From contig CBDBMJ010000001.1 of assembly GCA_965207455.1 (NCBI GenBank), forward strand, positions 448,001 to 512,000: a stretch of DNA of 64,000 nucleotides, read 5' to 3'. The stretch is from Bdellovibrionota bacterium (GTDB taxonomy: Bacteria > Bdellovibrionota > UBA1018 > CAIPTA01 > JAALKR01). The translations under genes and the position numbers were made by a program. Position 1 is the first letter of the stretch, and every line of letters starts with the position of its first letter. The notes under the pieces were generated by a model. That model saw only the letters and a program-made list of their open reading frames with translations. It was not told where the DNA came from and did not search any database. Positions 48,634 to 58,535 of the stretch are shown in pieces.

Positions 48634-49445
48634 GGCTTGCCTCTCTTTAAAAAATACCTGCGACGAATGAATAATGTTATATAAGTAAGCAATATTAGAA
48701 CAACGGTTACGCCTCCCCCAGCCTTCATCAAGCGACTAGCCAAGAGAACGTAACGATTTTCCTTTGGAGAATAATTATAACAAAAAAGAAGGATTCTTTC
48801 AGTGATTGTCCCCACTTTTCCCTTCGACGCTTCGAGTAAGGCTAATTTTAAATTTTGTCCACCATAATTGCTTCCATAGAGTACCCGGCTTAGCTTTCCT
48901 TTGGGGGAAAGAATAAAGATGCCTGCTCCGTGGGCGAAATCATTTTGTTCGGGGTTGAATCGATAGCCAAAGCCCAATTCTGAGGCGGTTTTTTTCGCTC
49001 CTTTTCCTGTGAGAAAGTGCCAATGTTTCGTGCTTTCCTTTTCTTCCCAGGATTCAAAGAATTTTTTTTTGCTACTAGCGGCCAATTGGAAGTCCTCCCG
49101 GGGGTCGATACTGATGGCAAGGACTTGGTACTTTTCCCCCAGCTTCCAGGAGAGTTGCTCTACGGATTCACGCAGCGCATTTAGTAAAATACCACACAGC
49201 ATTGGACACCCATAATAAGTCATTACTATAACGACGGGTCGGGTGCCGTCAAAATATTTTTTTAGTGGAACGGTTTTGCCTTGTTCATCTTGGAATGTGG
49301 TGGAAAGGCTAAGGGAGATTCCTAAGGAAGGGCGGATGCCTATATTTTCCAGTTCCTTGGGGATGGGTTCGGCAGATTGTACCAATTGAACGGGAAGAAT
49401 AATAAAAACGAGAGGAATGAGAAGAATTTTTTGACGTATTGTCAT
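48630..49445 (-). CDS. SCO-family protein
   Basis: Motifs Y..CPMLC, SIDPRE, WHFLTG and FAH. The start is placed at the ATG at 49445, after AAGGAG. Confidence 0.88.
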   Translation of the reverse strand: MTIRQKILLIPLVFIILPVQLVQSAEPIPKELENIGIRPSLGISLSLSTTFQDEQGKTVPLKKYFDGTRPVVIVMTYYGCPMLCGILLNALRESVEQLSWKLGEKYQVLAISIDPREDFQLAASSKKKFFESWEEKESTKHWHFLTGKGAKKTASELGFGYRFNPEQNDFAHGAGIFILSPKGKLSRVLYGSNYGGQNLKLALLEASKGKVGTITERILLFCYNYSPKENRYVLLASRLMKAGGGVTVVLILLTYITLFIRRRYFLKRGKP

Positions 49446-49548
49446 AGCTTTGCTCCTTGACTTTTGTAACAAGTATACACAGGAAAAGCAATAAACAGAA
49501 AGATAAAAGGAGGGTGTGAATATGGAAAAAATCGCTGTATAAGAAGGC

Positions 49549-50304
49549 ATGGTAAAAGTCCGAGATGATGGGATTCTTTATAGATATAAAGAAAAAGATA
49601 AGGAAAAGGAAGTTCTTCTGGATTGGAAGAATGTAAAGGGACTCCACTGTTCTATTTGGACGGGTCTCATTTCCATTCGAGGAAAGCACACCATTCCTCT
49701 GCGACTACCTGAGAATGAGCTGGTGCCCCTTGTTATAGAGTTCTACACGCGATGGTCCAGAAAGTTTCCCAGCCAAGCCAAAAAGAATGCCTTCGACTAT
49801 TCAGAGCCACCGAAAAGTGCTGCGATTCTTATGATATTTATTAGTTTATTCCTGTGTTGTCTACTTTCTACTTTGCTATTTGTGGAGAGTTATACACAAA
49901 ATTTTTGCTCTCAAGCTTTAAAGAGAACTCCTGTGCGGATAGCGCCTCAGGTATTAAAAGCAAAAAAGAAAAAGAAGGGGAATTTCGCTCTCACCCTACA
50001 ATTCACTACCCTCAGTGGTCAAGTACTGAAGGGAAAGCGCTATACGGTCAAGACCTATGCGCCGGGAGAAGACCCCACTGAGTTTTCCATTATCTATGCC
50101 AGTGAGGAACCCAATTGTTGGGTTTTAAGTCAAAGTCCGGGAAAGACAGATATAAACTGGGCGAAACGTCGTTATATGGTGTGGTTTAATACCTTAGTGG
50201 GGATTGTTTTCCTTTTAACAGGTATTGCGGGGATTTTTATTGCCATACGCCGACTCACAGAAAAACGTCCTGGCCGGGATTTAATTGCCACAAATTACCC
50301 GTAG
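49549..50304 (+). CDS. Hypothetical membrane protein (two TM segments)
   Basis: 251-aa ORF with two hydrophobic stretches. Confidence 0.65.
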   Translation: MVKVRDDGILYRYKEKDKEKEVLLDWKNVKGLHCSIWTGLISIRGKHTIPLRLPENELVPLVIEFYTRWSRKFPSQAKKNAFDYSEPPKSAAILMIFISLFLCCLLSTLLFVESYTQNFCSQALKRTPVRIAPQVLKAKKKKKGNFALTLQFTTLSGQVLKGKRYTVKTYAPGEDPTEFSIIYASEEPNCWVLSQSPGKTDINWAKRRYMVWFNTLVGIVFLLTGIAGIFIAIRRLTEKRPGRDLIATNYP

Positions 50305-50305
50305 C

Positions 50306-51133
50306 TTAGGGGTTAACAAATGTGGTGGTTTTAATTGGCAGGAACCTGTCTCCTATAACAAAGTGCTTTCGTACTTTCTGGACTGCGGTTTCTTGAAAGA
50401 AATAACGAATCACACATTTTTTAGGTGGGTCTTGACCTTGTGGCCAGTCTATTTGTATATTACCCGAAGTTAATTCGCTTGAATTAAATGCTTGGTCTGT
50501 TCGGTACATTTCCTTCCCGTCACATTCCAATAGTATCGTTACTCTTGGAATGGCATTTTGCTGGTAGGTTTGGCCATCCCGAGAGTTTAGTAGAAAAATA
50601 TTGGCTTGAAAAACATCACTAAAATTCTTTACCAAACTTTCTGACTGGAATCCATTGTCGTAGCAAATATCAATAAAGAAACTGGAATCATAGTGCTCCG
50701 ATCCTATATCAAATAATACTTTCGTAAGTCTTGTTTTAAGAGAAACCCTTTGTAGGTCATCATCAAGTCTGCTTCCAAGATTATAGTTTGGTTTATCAGA
50801 GTGCAGATCTGTGGTGTTATGAACAGCTAAATAAGGAACTTGATTTAAAGTAATTTCACCATAGGTGCTACTATACAGGGTTTTAGCTTCAGCAGTGCCG
50901 TTAGAATCGCTGGATGAGTATCTCGAGGTGTATTGAATACCATTTTTCCCATCAGCCTTAGAAATCCCCGCATTACAAGCATAGAGGTCTTGTCCTGAAC
51001 TACGAACATCAAAGGTAAATTCTAATCTGGATTCCACCATTGATCTTTCTTCTTGAGGAGTTATTTCACACCAAGCTGTAGTGGTATAGAATATATTAAA
51101 TAATAGTATTTTTATTATTTTATTTTTGAACAT
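50306..51133 (-). CDS. Secreted four-Cys family paralogue 6
   Basis: Signal peptide plus ACNAGI, SSFFIDICY, LECDG and CVIRYFFQE. Confidence 0.8.
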   Translation of the reverse strand: MFKNKIIKILLFNIFYTTTAWCEITPQEERSMVESRLEFTFDVRSSGQDLYACNAGISKADGKNGIQYTSRYSSSDSNGTAEAKTLYSSTYGEITLNQVPYLAVHNTTDLHSDKPNYNLGSRLDDDLQRVSLKTRLTKVLFDIGSEHYDSSFFIDICYDNGFQSESLVKNFSDVFQANIFLLNSRDGQTYQQNAIPRVTILLECDGKEMYRTDQAFNSSELTSGNIQIDWPQGQDPPKKCVIRYFFQETAVQKVRKHFVIGDRFLPIKTTTFVNP

Positions 51134-51897
51134 TATTCATATCTCCTTATTACACTTAATTTAAGTACTGTTTTTATTTCGTTTGTTAGAGTTCGATTAT
51201 GACCACGGGGACCAGCGCTTTTTTCTTGAAAAATATAGCGGAAGCGGCAAATTCTTTCTTGACTGGAACCAATGAGTATTTTTTTTTGGCTTGCCAAATC
51301 TATTATCTCAGCATTCGCAACTATCCAGTCTTCGCTGTTTGAGACTGGTATTTGCGTCCAGCTATTACTGTCCTTTATTTTACAGAATAACTGGTATTTC
51401 ACCTCCAAACCAGAAATGATATTATATGCTTGTTGACCGCTGGTGCGGTAGTTATTGAATAGAAAACTTAATTTTGAATCTATATAAAAGTATTCATTTT
51501 TTACACCTTGAGCAGCTACAGATCGATTGTCTATACAAAAATCAATAAAATATTTTGCTCCGTAGTTATCTGAGAATAAAGCTATATTTAAGCCAGTGCC
51601 ATCTGACCCAATTTTTTTTGAAGTATCGTTTTCTGTTGTGATAGCTTCAGTAGTGTTTTCTGCACTTGGTGTTATACTTTTGTATTCTGATATTGATTCA
51701 CCCTCAAATTTGTAAAGAATGGCATCTCTTGAGGGTATACCGCGCATTATGCCAGCATTACAAATACTTAATTCTACTGTATTAAAATGAAGAAGCATCT
51801 TGAGTTGATGCTTAATAGGAAAGGCATTGATGCTTGGATAGAATAGCGCAGTTATTAATAGTAGTGAGCATAGTTTTATTTTTAAATTTTTCATCAT
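51133..51897 (-). CDS. Secreted four-Cys family paralogue 5
   Basis: Signal peptide plus ICNAGI, YGAKYFIDFC, LFCK and CRFRYIFQE. Confidence 0.8.
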   Translation of the reverse strand: MMKNLKIKLCSLLLITALFYPSINAFPIKHQLKMLLHFNTVELSICNAGIMRGIPSRDAILYKFEGESISEYKSITPSAENTTEAITTENDTSKKIGSDGTGLNIALFSDNYGAKYFIDFCIDNRSVAAQGVKNEYFYIDSKLSFLFNNYRTSGQQAYNIISGLEVKYQLFCKIKDSNSWTQIPVSNSEDWIVANAEIIDLASQKKILIGSSQERICRFRYIFQEKSAGPRGHNRTLTNEIKTVLKLSVIRRYE

Positions 51898-52734
51898 TTA
51901 ACTGCCTTCAATTATTTTTACTGCCTCTGTTCTAGTGTTAATTTTCACTTTGTCCGTTAACCCATTTTTTCTAGGCAGTCGTATTCCTCTAGAAGCCTCT
52001 CTGAATTCGTACCGGACTCTGCATGAGGTAACTGTAGCAGATTGAAGCTTTACGGAGAAGTTCTCAAATAAGATAGTGGTTCCAGTATTAAGACGTGTGT
52101 ATTCTCCCGATGATATTGTTTTGAAAGTATTTCTCCACACATTTCCACCATTTCTATCAGTTGATCGTTCTGTGCAAACTATTAAAGCTCGTGCTTCAAG
52201 AGCAGATTTCACCCTATATTGTGAATCATCATATACATTGTCAAAATCAATTGTAGCTGAGAGTTCGGTCCTTGGTATTCCAGTGTTAGTGGCAAAATTA
52301 CTTATGTTGGCGTAGCATATATCCACAAAATAGCTAGCACCATAATTCTTAGATTGTAAAATAAAAACTAGCTTTGACAATTTGCGCGTATTAAGGGCTC
52401 TATCTACATCCCAGTTTAGGTTGAGTTTTCTTGTAATGTCGTTTGAAGCAATCAATTCACCAGATATTGGAGCAGCTAGTTCTTTCTTATAACTAAGAAT
52501 TCCGATGTGGTCATCAGGAAGGTATTGATCAGTAGACACTGAAAAGAGCATTTTATCTAATTCGCCGGCATTTTCATGCCGCAGACCAGCATCGCAAGCA
52601 TGCAGAAAAACGCCTGTTCCGGAAGTAATAATGAAAGACAATTCTTTATCAACAGCCAAGGAGATCTTGGAGAATAGGAAAAAAGCGAGTGTTGGTAATA
52701 AAAAGATATGTTTTTTTATTGATTTTTTTCTCAC
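51898..52734 (-). CDS. Secreted four-Cys family paralogue 4
   Basis: AAGGAGG RBS with a GTG start, plus ACDAGL, YGASYFVDICY, IVCT and CRVRYEFRE. Confidence 0.82.
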   Translation of the reverse strand: MRKKSIKKHIFLLPTLAFFLFSKISLAVDKELSFIITSGTGVFLHACDAGLRHENAGELDKMLFSVSTDQYLPDDHIGILSYKKELAAPISGELIASNDITRKLNLNWDVDRALNTRKLSKLVFILQSKNYGASYFVDICYANISNFATNTGIPRTELSATIDFDNVYDDSQYRVKSALEARALIVCTERSTDRNGGNVWRNTFKTISSGEYTRLNTGTTILFENFSVKLQSATVTSCRVRYEFREASRGIRLPRKNGLTDKVKINTRTEAVKIIEGS

Positions 52735-52768
52735 TTTTTTCCTCCTTCTTCTTTATAAGGTTATTGTT

Positions 52769-53461
52769 TTATTCTGCAGTAACAATACCGTGTACTCTTA
52801 CTGTCATCCTAACTAATTCGCCCTCTCGCACACTTGTAGAATTTTCTCTGAATTCATACCGAACTCTACAACCTGTGGATTGTAGTCCTACCACAGTTGG
52901 AGCACTTGTGTAGGCAATCAAATCACTGCTTCCCACATTCGTCCAGTCTAGATTCAGATAAGTAACAGTATCTGATGATTCACCATCTGAGCAGACAGTT
53001 GCAACTCGTGTTTGCAGGCTTGATCTAGTTCTATAGTCATTATTATATATTGTAAAAGTAGCATTAGCTTCTAGTTTATATGTTCTTTCTGCGCTATATT
53101 CTCCTGCCACATCATCCACATAACAGAGATCCACATAGTAGACTGCTCCGTAATTAGTAGAATCCATCAAATATACAAGTTTCTCAAGCAGACCTCCTTC
53201 TCCTCCTGGAGTTACGGAACTGTTAGCAGATGCCACAAGTGTTCCAGATGATGGTGCATTTTGAGTAACCTCGGCTGTTTGACCACTGAATTTATAAATC
53301 ATAGAGTCTGCTTCTGATTGATTCTCATGAGTTAAACCAGCATCACATACCCTCAGTCGGTCTCCTTTACCGGACAGCACTGTGAAATCAAATTCTTCTA
53401 CCGCAGCAAAAGCCTGAGTAGAAAAAAGAGCCATAATTAGACACGTTGTTATTTTTTTCAT
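52769..53461 (-). CDS. Secreted four-Cys family paralogue 3 (candidate major subunit)
   Basis: Signal peptide ending in AFA plus VCDAGL, YGAVYYVDLCY, TVCS and CRVRYEFRE. Alternative in-frame ATGs at 53497 and 53533. Confidence 0.82.
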   Translation of the reverse strand: MKKITTCLIMALFSTQAFAAVEEFDFTVLSGKGDRLRVCDAGLTHENQSEADSMIYKFSGQTAEVTQNAPSSGTLVASANSSVTPGGEGGLLEKLVYLMDSTNYGAVYYVDLCYVDDVAGEYSAERTYKLEANATFTIYNNDYRTRSSLQTRVATVCSDGESSDTVTYLNLDWTNVGSSDLIAYTSAPTVVGLQSTGCRVRYEFRENSTSVREGELVRMTVRVHGIVTAE

Positions 53462-53565
53462 TGTTGTTTCCTTTCTGTTTATTATTGTTGTTTTCATTGT
53501 TGTTTCCTTTCTGTTTATTATTGTTGTTTTCATTGTTGTTTCCTTTCTGTTTATTGTTGTTGTTT
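53455..53565 (-). repeat. 36-bp tandem repeat (about 3 copies), each carrying an RBS and ATG
   Basis: Unit AACAACAATAATAAACAGAAAGGAAACAACAATGAA on the minus strand. Confidence 0.9.
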
Positions 53566-53591
53566 ATGTACATAATCAAAATCATTCTAGT

Positions 53592-54482
53592 TCAGAGTTT
53601 AAACTCAGTATTGTATTTATTTTCATTGATGGATTTTATTTCTGTAAATGTGGATATTTCAATATTTATATTTCTGTCATTCCTTTTCTTATCAATATTA
53701 TTCTCCCTGAATTTATATCTGGTTACACATTTATTTCTAACGATATCGTTGTCTTTACTAATTTTAAATTCCTTGTTTTCAAAAGAAGTTTTTCCGGTGG
53801 CATGGATCCATTCTGATTCCAACAATTTTTCTCCATTGCACCAAAGTTCATACTTGAAGGATAGATATGAATCTTTTATATAATCTGCATTATTGGGAAG
53901 AGTTACTTCAGATCTGAAATACATTGTATTATTTTCTTTCTCCAAACCATCAGTGTTTGGGTCATTAGGGGTAGCTACAATTGTTCCTCCAGCACCATTA
54001 TAATGACAGATATCCACAAAATATTCTGATCCAGAGAAATCTGATTGAAGGTAGTATTTTAGGTTTTTCAAGACAATTAAACGATCAATTCCGTTTGCAT
54101 TTTTTACTCTATGTTTTGTTGTGTCACTGGAATATGTTCTATCATCTCCAGTCTCATTATTTGCAACAACCCATTTTTCATCATTTTTAGAACGCTTACT
54201 AGATGGAGGTCTAGTGAAATAGGAAGAGTTATCATTTAGGTCATTTCTCATAAATTTTCTAGGTTCATATTCAGCAAATTGATAATGTATTTCATCTCCT
54301 GATAAATCTCCAAGACTGTTAGGTGGCTCAACTGTTTCAGTAGAACTTATTCGCCTTAGACCAGCATTGCATGGGTAAAGATTATTTCCAGTGGTAATAA
54401 CTCGAAATGAGAAATTATTCGAAGCTCCCATTGCGCTAAATAAGATAAGAAATGAAGTTAAGATAGAAAGTATACTCTTCAT
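53592..54482 (-). CDS. Secreted four-Cys family paralogue 2
   Basis: Signal peptide plus PCNAGL, GSEYFVDICH, LWCNG and CVTRYKFRE. Confidence 0.8.
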   Translation of the reverse strand: MKSILSILTSFLILFSAMGASNNFSFRVITTGNNLYPCNAGLRRISSTETVEPPNSLGDLSGDEIHYQFAEYEPRKFMRNDLNDNSSYFTRPPSSKRSKNDEKWVVANNETGDDRTYSSDTTKHRVKNANGIDRLIVLKNLKYYLQSDFSGSEYFVDICHYNGAGGTIVATPNDPNTDGLEKENNTMYFRSEVTLPNNADYIKDSYLSFKYELWCNGEKLLESEWIHATGKTSFENKEFKISKDNDIVRNKCVTRYKFRENNIDKKRNDRNINIEISTFTEIKSINENKYNTEFKL

Positions 54483-55078
54483 GGTAATTGCCTTATTTGG
54501 GTTGTTATATTTAGTTCAATATTAAATACTTCTCCATTACAATAAGCGTACTTGGCTAAATTTGTTCTTCTAAATTTTGTTGTGCTGAAAAATACTATTT
54601 TTTGTGTTTTCTTCTCATTTTCATTCATTTTGCATAGATTTAAATACTTTTCTTCTCTGGCTGGGTCTGAATATCTTTCAAATTGATTAAAAATATTTTT
54701 AGGATGAAGTGTTACAAAATCTCCTGTTTTTAAGAGTTCCCTTAGTCCTTCGGTTGCTGAATTATCTTGGTATGATACTCTAAAAAAAGAATCCATTTGA
54801 TTAAAAATCAAGTGCATTGTAAGGCTGTTGCTTGCACAATTACGGCAGTATTTTTCATTTATATCGCAGGATAGCTGGTCTCCGCAAAGTTCAGCACAAA
54901 ATGTGCTTTCTGAGTTGCAGGAAATGGAGACATATTTTTGATACTTCATGCCATTATCTGTGAAATTTACTTCAATTTTTAAATCACTAAATTCTTCCAT
55001 TGCTTGTGCTGTATGTTGGAAGCATACGGATAGGAGTAGAAAATAAATAGGAATTATTTTTTTTGTATTATTTTTCAT
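54479..55078 (-). CDS. Secreted Cys-rich hypothetical protein
   Basis: Signal peptide plus C-x6-C-x3-C-x5-C-x6-C-x2-C. ATGA-coupled to the next gene. Confidence 0.75.
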   Translation of the reverse strand: MKNNTKKIIPIYFLLLSVCFQHTAQAMEEFSDLKIEVNFTDNGMKYQKYVSISCNSESTFCAELCGDQLSCDINEKYCRNCASNSLTMHLIFNQMDSFFRVSYQDNSATEGLRELLKTGDFVTLHPKNIFNQFERYSDPAREEKYLNLCKMNENEKKTQKIVFFSTTKFRRTNLAKYAYCNGEVFNIELNITTQIRQLP

Positions 55079-55090
55079 ATTTCCAACCGA

Positions 55091-57892
55091 TCACCTAAAG
55101 TATTCTTTAGGTAGCCTACTTTTCCTTATTGTGCAATTTCCATCTGATTTTTGTTTTCCAAGACTAGACGCTCCTTGATAATCTAATGTTGCATAAATTT
55201 TTATAGAGTTTTTTGATTCGTTAAGTTTAACTTTTGCATAACCAAACTTGGCGAATTCTTTCATATCAATGTTTGATATAAAATTACTATTTTTTAAATA
55301 TTTCTGTGTTTGGTAATAAATGTTTTTCATGCATTTTGGATATGGATAGGGCCAGCATTTTCTGCCATTTTTTATTTGATTCAAGCAAATTTTAGGTATG
55401 GACTCATCATCGCCAAACTCTGAGCTAACAAGCTGTAGATTATCTAAATCTATTGTGCGAGAGTCTGGAATATTGTATGGGTCGTTTTCTTTTCTATAAG
55501 AGTAAGACAAAAGGCTTTCAATGAAAAATAGAGGATTGAAGTAATCTTGAATAATAGGGAGGGAACTGAGACTTATATAACAAGCGCCACAGCCGGCGAA
55601 GTTAGAGCTTTTCTTACTTAATTTACCATCATTGCCAATAATATGATCTATATTTTGACTGCTACCACAATATTGTGTAGTGATTCCAATGGACACGGGA
55701 GGCATAATAGTAGCATATTTTAATTTTTCATCGATGGATATGGTGCACGGTATATTGAATAAAGGTCCAAGATTTGCTATTAATCCAACCTTGATCGTTT
55801 GTTTTTCTTTATTGGTTTTAAATTTAATTTTTCCATCTTCAATCAATCTCTCTAAGCTAATCACTTCCCCCGGGTCTAAACGGACATTCAAAATGGCTAG
55901 CCAAGGATTTACAGCGAATAAAGCACCTCTAAAGATTGAAGCAATAATATTAAATATTCTTTCATTTGTTGCTGCCCAAGGATCGTATAATTCGCAAGCA
56001 ACTCTCTCTGAATAAGGATTGAACATGGCTGGTGAACGAATTTCACCCGACAAAGCAAGAAGTGGCTCCATATTATTCATGCTTGAGTATGTATTCATTA
56101 TAGAATCTTGAAGCAGAAGTGTGCAATCAAGTAGAGTACCGCATAATATATTTTTTGAATTTTTATTTTTACTGTATCCAGGTAAAACAGCAAATGGCTC
56201 TCTTAATGAGTCTCTACCATAGTTTCTTTTGCTAATTATATTTTCATTTTCTATCATTCCAACTTTCTTTAATTCATCTAAAAACCATTGACTGTGACCG
56301 CGTTTAGTGCCTTTATTTCTGTTGAATCTGAGGTCTCTTTTCTCACAGAAACGTACAACCTCATCTCTTATTTCTTGATAGTAACTTAAACTCTCTCGTA
56401 TAGTTGAAGCTGGAATAAAACCAGATAAATTATTTAATTGACCTATCTTCTCCATGGAATCAATCTTTGATTTCATTCCATTGATAAAATTATTATTAGT
56501 GAAAGTATATTCGGAGCACATAAAGTAAAGTCTATTGTCTTTTGAACTATCTTTGACCCAAGCATCATTATTGAAATTTATTAATAGTTTTTCTTTAGTG
56601 AGTTGACTTTTTATGAAAGATAGAACTTTTAGGGCAGAAGCCAGTTTTCTTTTAGTGTATATACCGGCCTTTGATACTTTAGAAAATAGATCGCTTGTCC
56701 ATTTCGATGCACTTGGTGATTGGTCAATATTATCCTCATAGTATATTCTGAGTGAATTATTGTTTACCGCAGGAAGAGGATTTTTCAATAGACTTTTTTC
56801 CAATTCCTCCGGCAGTGATGTGAAGTAATCATCATAAAGTTTCTGAATTTTTTGATTGGGATCTGCTAGCCTTCGCATGGAGTTCAAATATATGTGATTG
56901 CTGCTGCATGAAGGAACATTAATTGAAGCACACCCATTTGGCACAAATATAATCGATTCTTCTAAATTTATGCTTCTAAGTAAATAACTGTATTTGTTTT
57001 TTTTGGACTCATCTGAGTTTCTCCATGCCCAAGATAAATAAATCTTTAAACTATTCCAGTAATCGAATCCATTTTTTTCCCATGAATCCGTATTTGTATT
57101 TAAAATATCTAATTGATAAGTTCCATTTTTTTCTGAAGATGGATTATCACAGGAGCTTATATATTTACCCTTTTCCTTTAATGTTTTATTTAACTTAAAG
57201 ATCGAATCATCATCTGGGCGTGGTTTCACTAGATGGCTTTGTAGAGGAGAAAATTTCTTTATATAATGACAAGAAAGGTTTCCCAATACGCTAGGATTAT
57301 TTTTATTATTGTTACCCCATATTTTTTCAATATAATTGTCCATATTGGAACAATTCCACTCATTCCCTTGGCATGATTGCACCACTTTCCAATATTCGGC
57401 ATTATTTTTTAAGGACTTTTCATTGGAAGATGAAGGCAGGAGAGGTAATGAGCCAGAACTTAGTCTTTCATGGATATTGCGGATCAATAACAATAAGGTA
57501 TTTTTATACTCAATAATAGCTTCATTTATTCTGGAATTTGTATCTGATCCCGTTTCTTTACTTAACTGGTAGGCTGCCTTTCCCACATTTGTGGAATCGA
57601 GAAGGATAAAAATAGTATTTGTTGGGTATTGGGATGCATCTGCACAAGCTGCTCTGTTTTTAAATTGTAGTGGATTTAATGAAATAGGCTTTTGGAAGTC
57701 TACTGATTTTTTCCTACCTACTATCATACTTTGGCTAAAATCAATACTACTATCATTGCCTTCTACTCTTGGGGGAAAGTTATTTGCAAATGCATTCAGA
57801 TCGAAAAAAGAAATTACTACAATAATAGGAACAGAAATATACAGAGGTAATTTCCTATTTTTAACTAGTATTTTATTTTCAAATTGAAACAT
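55091..57892 (-). CDS. Large (933 aa) secreted Cys-containing hypothetical protein
   Basis: Long ORF with an N-terminal hydrophobic segment ending in AFA and many Cys. No recognisable motif. Confidence 0.75.
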   Translation of the reverse strand: MFQFENKILVKNRKLPLYISVPIIVVISFFDLNAFANNFPPRVEGNDSSIDFSQSMIVGRKKSVDFQKPISLNPLQFKNRAACADASQYPTNTIFILLDSTNVGKAAYQLSKETGSDTNSRINEAIIEYKNTLLLLIRNIHERLSSGSLPLLPSSSNEKSLKNNAEYWKVVQSCQGNEWNCSNMDNYIEKIWGNNNKNNPSVLGNLSCHYIKKFSPLQSHLVKPRPDDDSIFKLNKTLKEKGKYISSCDNPSSEKNGTYQLDILNTNTDSWEKNGFDYWNSLKIYLSWAWRNSDESKKNKYSYLLRSINLEESIIFVPNGCASINVPSCSSNHIYLNSMRRLADPNQKIQKLYDDYFTSLPEELEKSLLKNPLPAVNNNSLRIYYEDNIDQSPSASKWTSDLFSKVSKAGIYTKRKLASALKVLSFIKSQLTKEKLLINFNNDAWVKDSSKDNRLYFMCSEYTFTNNNFINGMKSKIDSMEKIGQLNNLSGFIPASTIRESLSYYQEIRDEVVRFCEKRDLRFNRNKGTKRGHSQWFLDELKKVGMIENENIISKRNYGRDSLREPFAVLPGYSKNKNSKNILCGTLLDCTLLLQDSIMNTYSSMNNMEPLLALSGEIRSPAMFNPYSERVACELYDPWAATNERIFNIIASIFRGALFAVNPWLAILNVRLDPGEVISLERLIEDGKIKFKTNKEKQTIKVGLIANLGPLFNIPCTISIDEKLKYATIMPPVSIGITTQYCGSSQNIDHIIGNDGKLSKKSSNFAGCGACYISLSSLPIIQDYFNPLFFIESLLSYSYRKENDPYNIPDSRTIDLDNLQLVSSEFGDDESIPKICLNQIKNGRKCWPYPYPKCMKNIYYQTQKYLKNSNFISNIDMKEFAKFGYAKVKLNESKNSIKIYATLDYQGASSLGKQKSDGNCTIRKSRLPKEYFR

Positions 57893-57923
57893 ACTTTCGC
57901 TTTCCCATAAATGAAGAGATAAC

Positions 57924-58520
57924 CTACTGAATCATTCCAGAGCAGCTAGCTCCACTGTCACCTGATATAGTAATGAAAAGTGACATTATCTGTTGTTCTG
58001 AATGCGTTAACGATTCCTGTACTTCGCGATTTTCACCGTGCATGTTGGCGAGAGTTCCTGTAATTGATTTATATACTTGTCGTGTTACCCTAACTTTTAC
58101 AGTTGCGCGTCCTTGGGTGATCTTATGCTGGGCCTGTAGACTATAGTTGAGCTTTCTATCGCTGTTGGTCCCATTACTTGGGTTTGATCCGAAAAAATAA
58201 GAGTTATTACCGCCGTTATTGTAATTGCCCTTTCCTACTGATGCGCCGAAGGTGGTTTCAGTTTTGTCTCTCAGTTCACAGTCATAGGTAATTAATGTAC
58301 AACCACCCCCGTCACAGTCACGGCTTTCATCTTCTTCCAGTTCCTTTAATCTATCAAGCACCCCTTTACTAAGGGTTTTCTCATTATTTTCAGCTTCACC
58401 ATATTGCGTGGTTTGATCTGTTGCTACGCCAAGGTTGCTGATACTTATCCCTAAGAGCAAAACTCCTAGAAAAAATATGGGTTTCATTATTTTTGTTTTT
58501 TTGTTTTTTGTCATTTTCAT
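57924..58520 (-). CDS. Secreted hypothetical protein
   Basis: AAGGAG RBS, signal peptide, CDGGGC and a G/N-rich loop. Confidence 0.72.
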   Translation of the reverse strand: MKMTKNKKTKIMKPIFFLGVLLLGISISNLGVATDQTTQYGEAENNEKTLSKGVLDRLKELEEDESRDCDGGGCTLITYDCELRDKTETTFGASVGKGNYNNGGNNSYFFGSNPSNGTNSDRKLNYSLQAQHKITQGRATVKVRVTRQVYKSITGTLANMHGENREVQESLTHSEQQIMSLFITISGDSGASCSGMIQ

Positions 58521-58535
58521 CTCCTTTTTTTGTTT

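Noticed and set aside
53388..53585. Asn-rich ORF (NNNNKQKG repeats)
   Set aside because: It is an alternative frame of the 36-bp tandem repeat.
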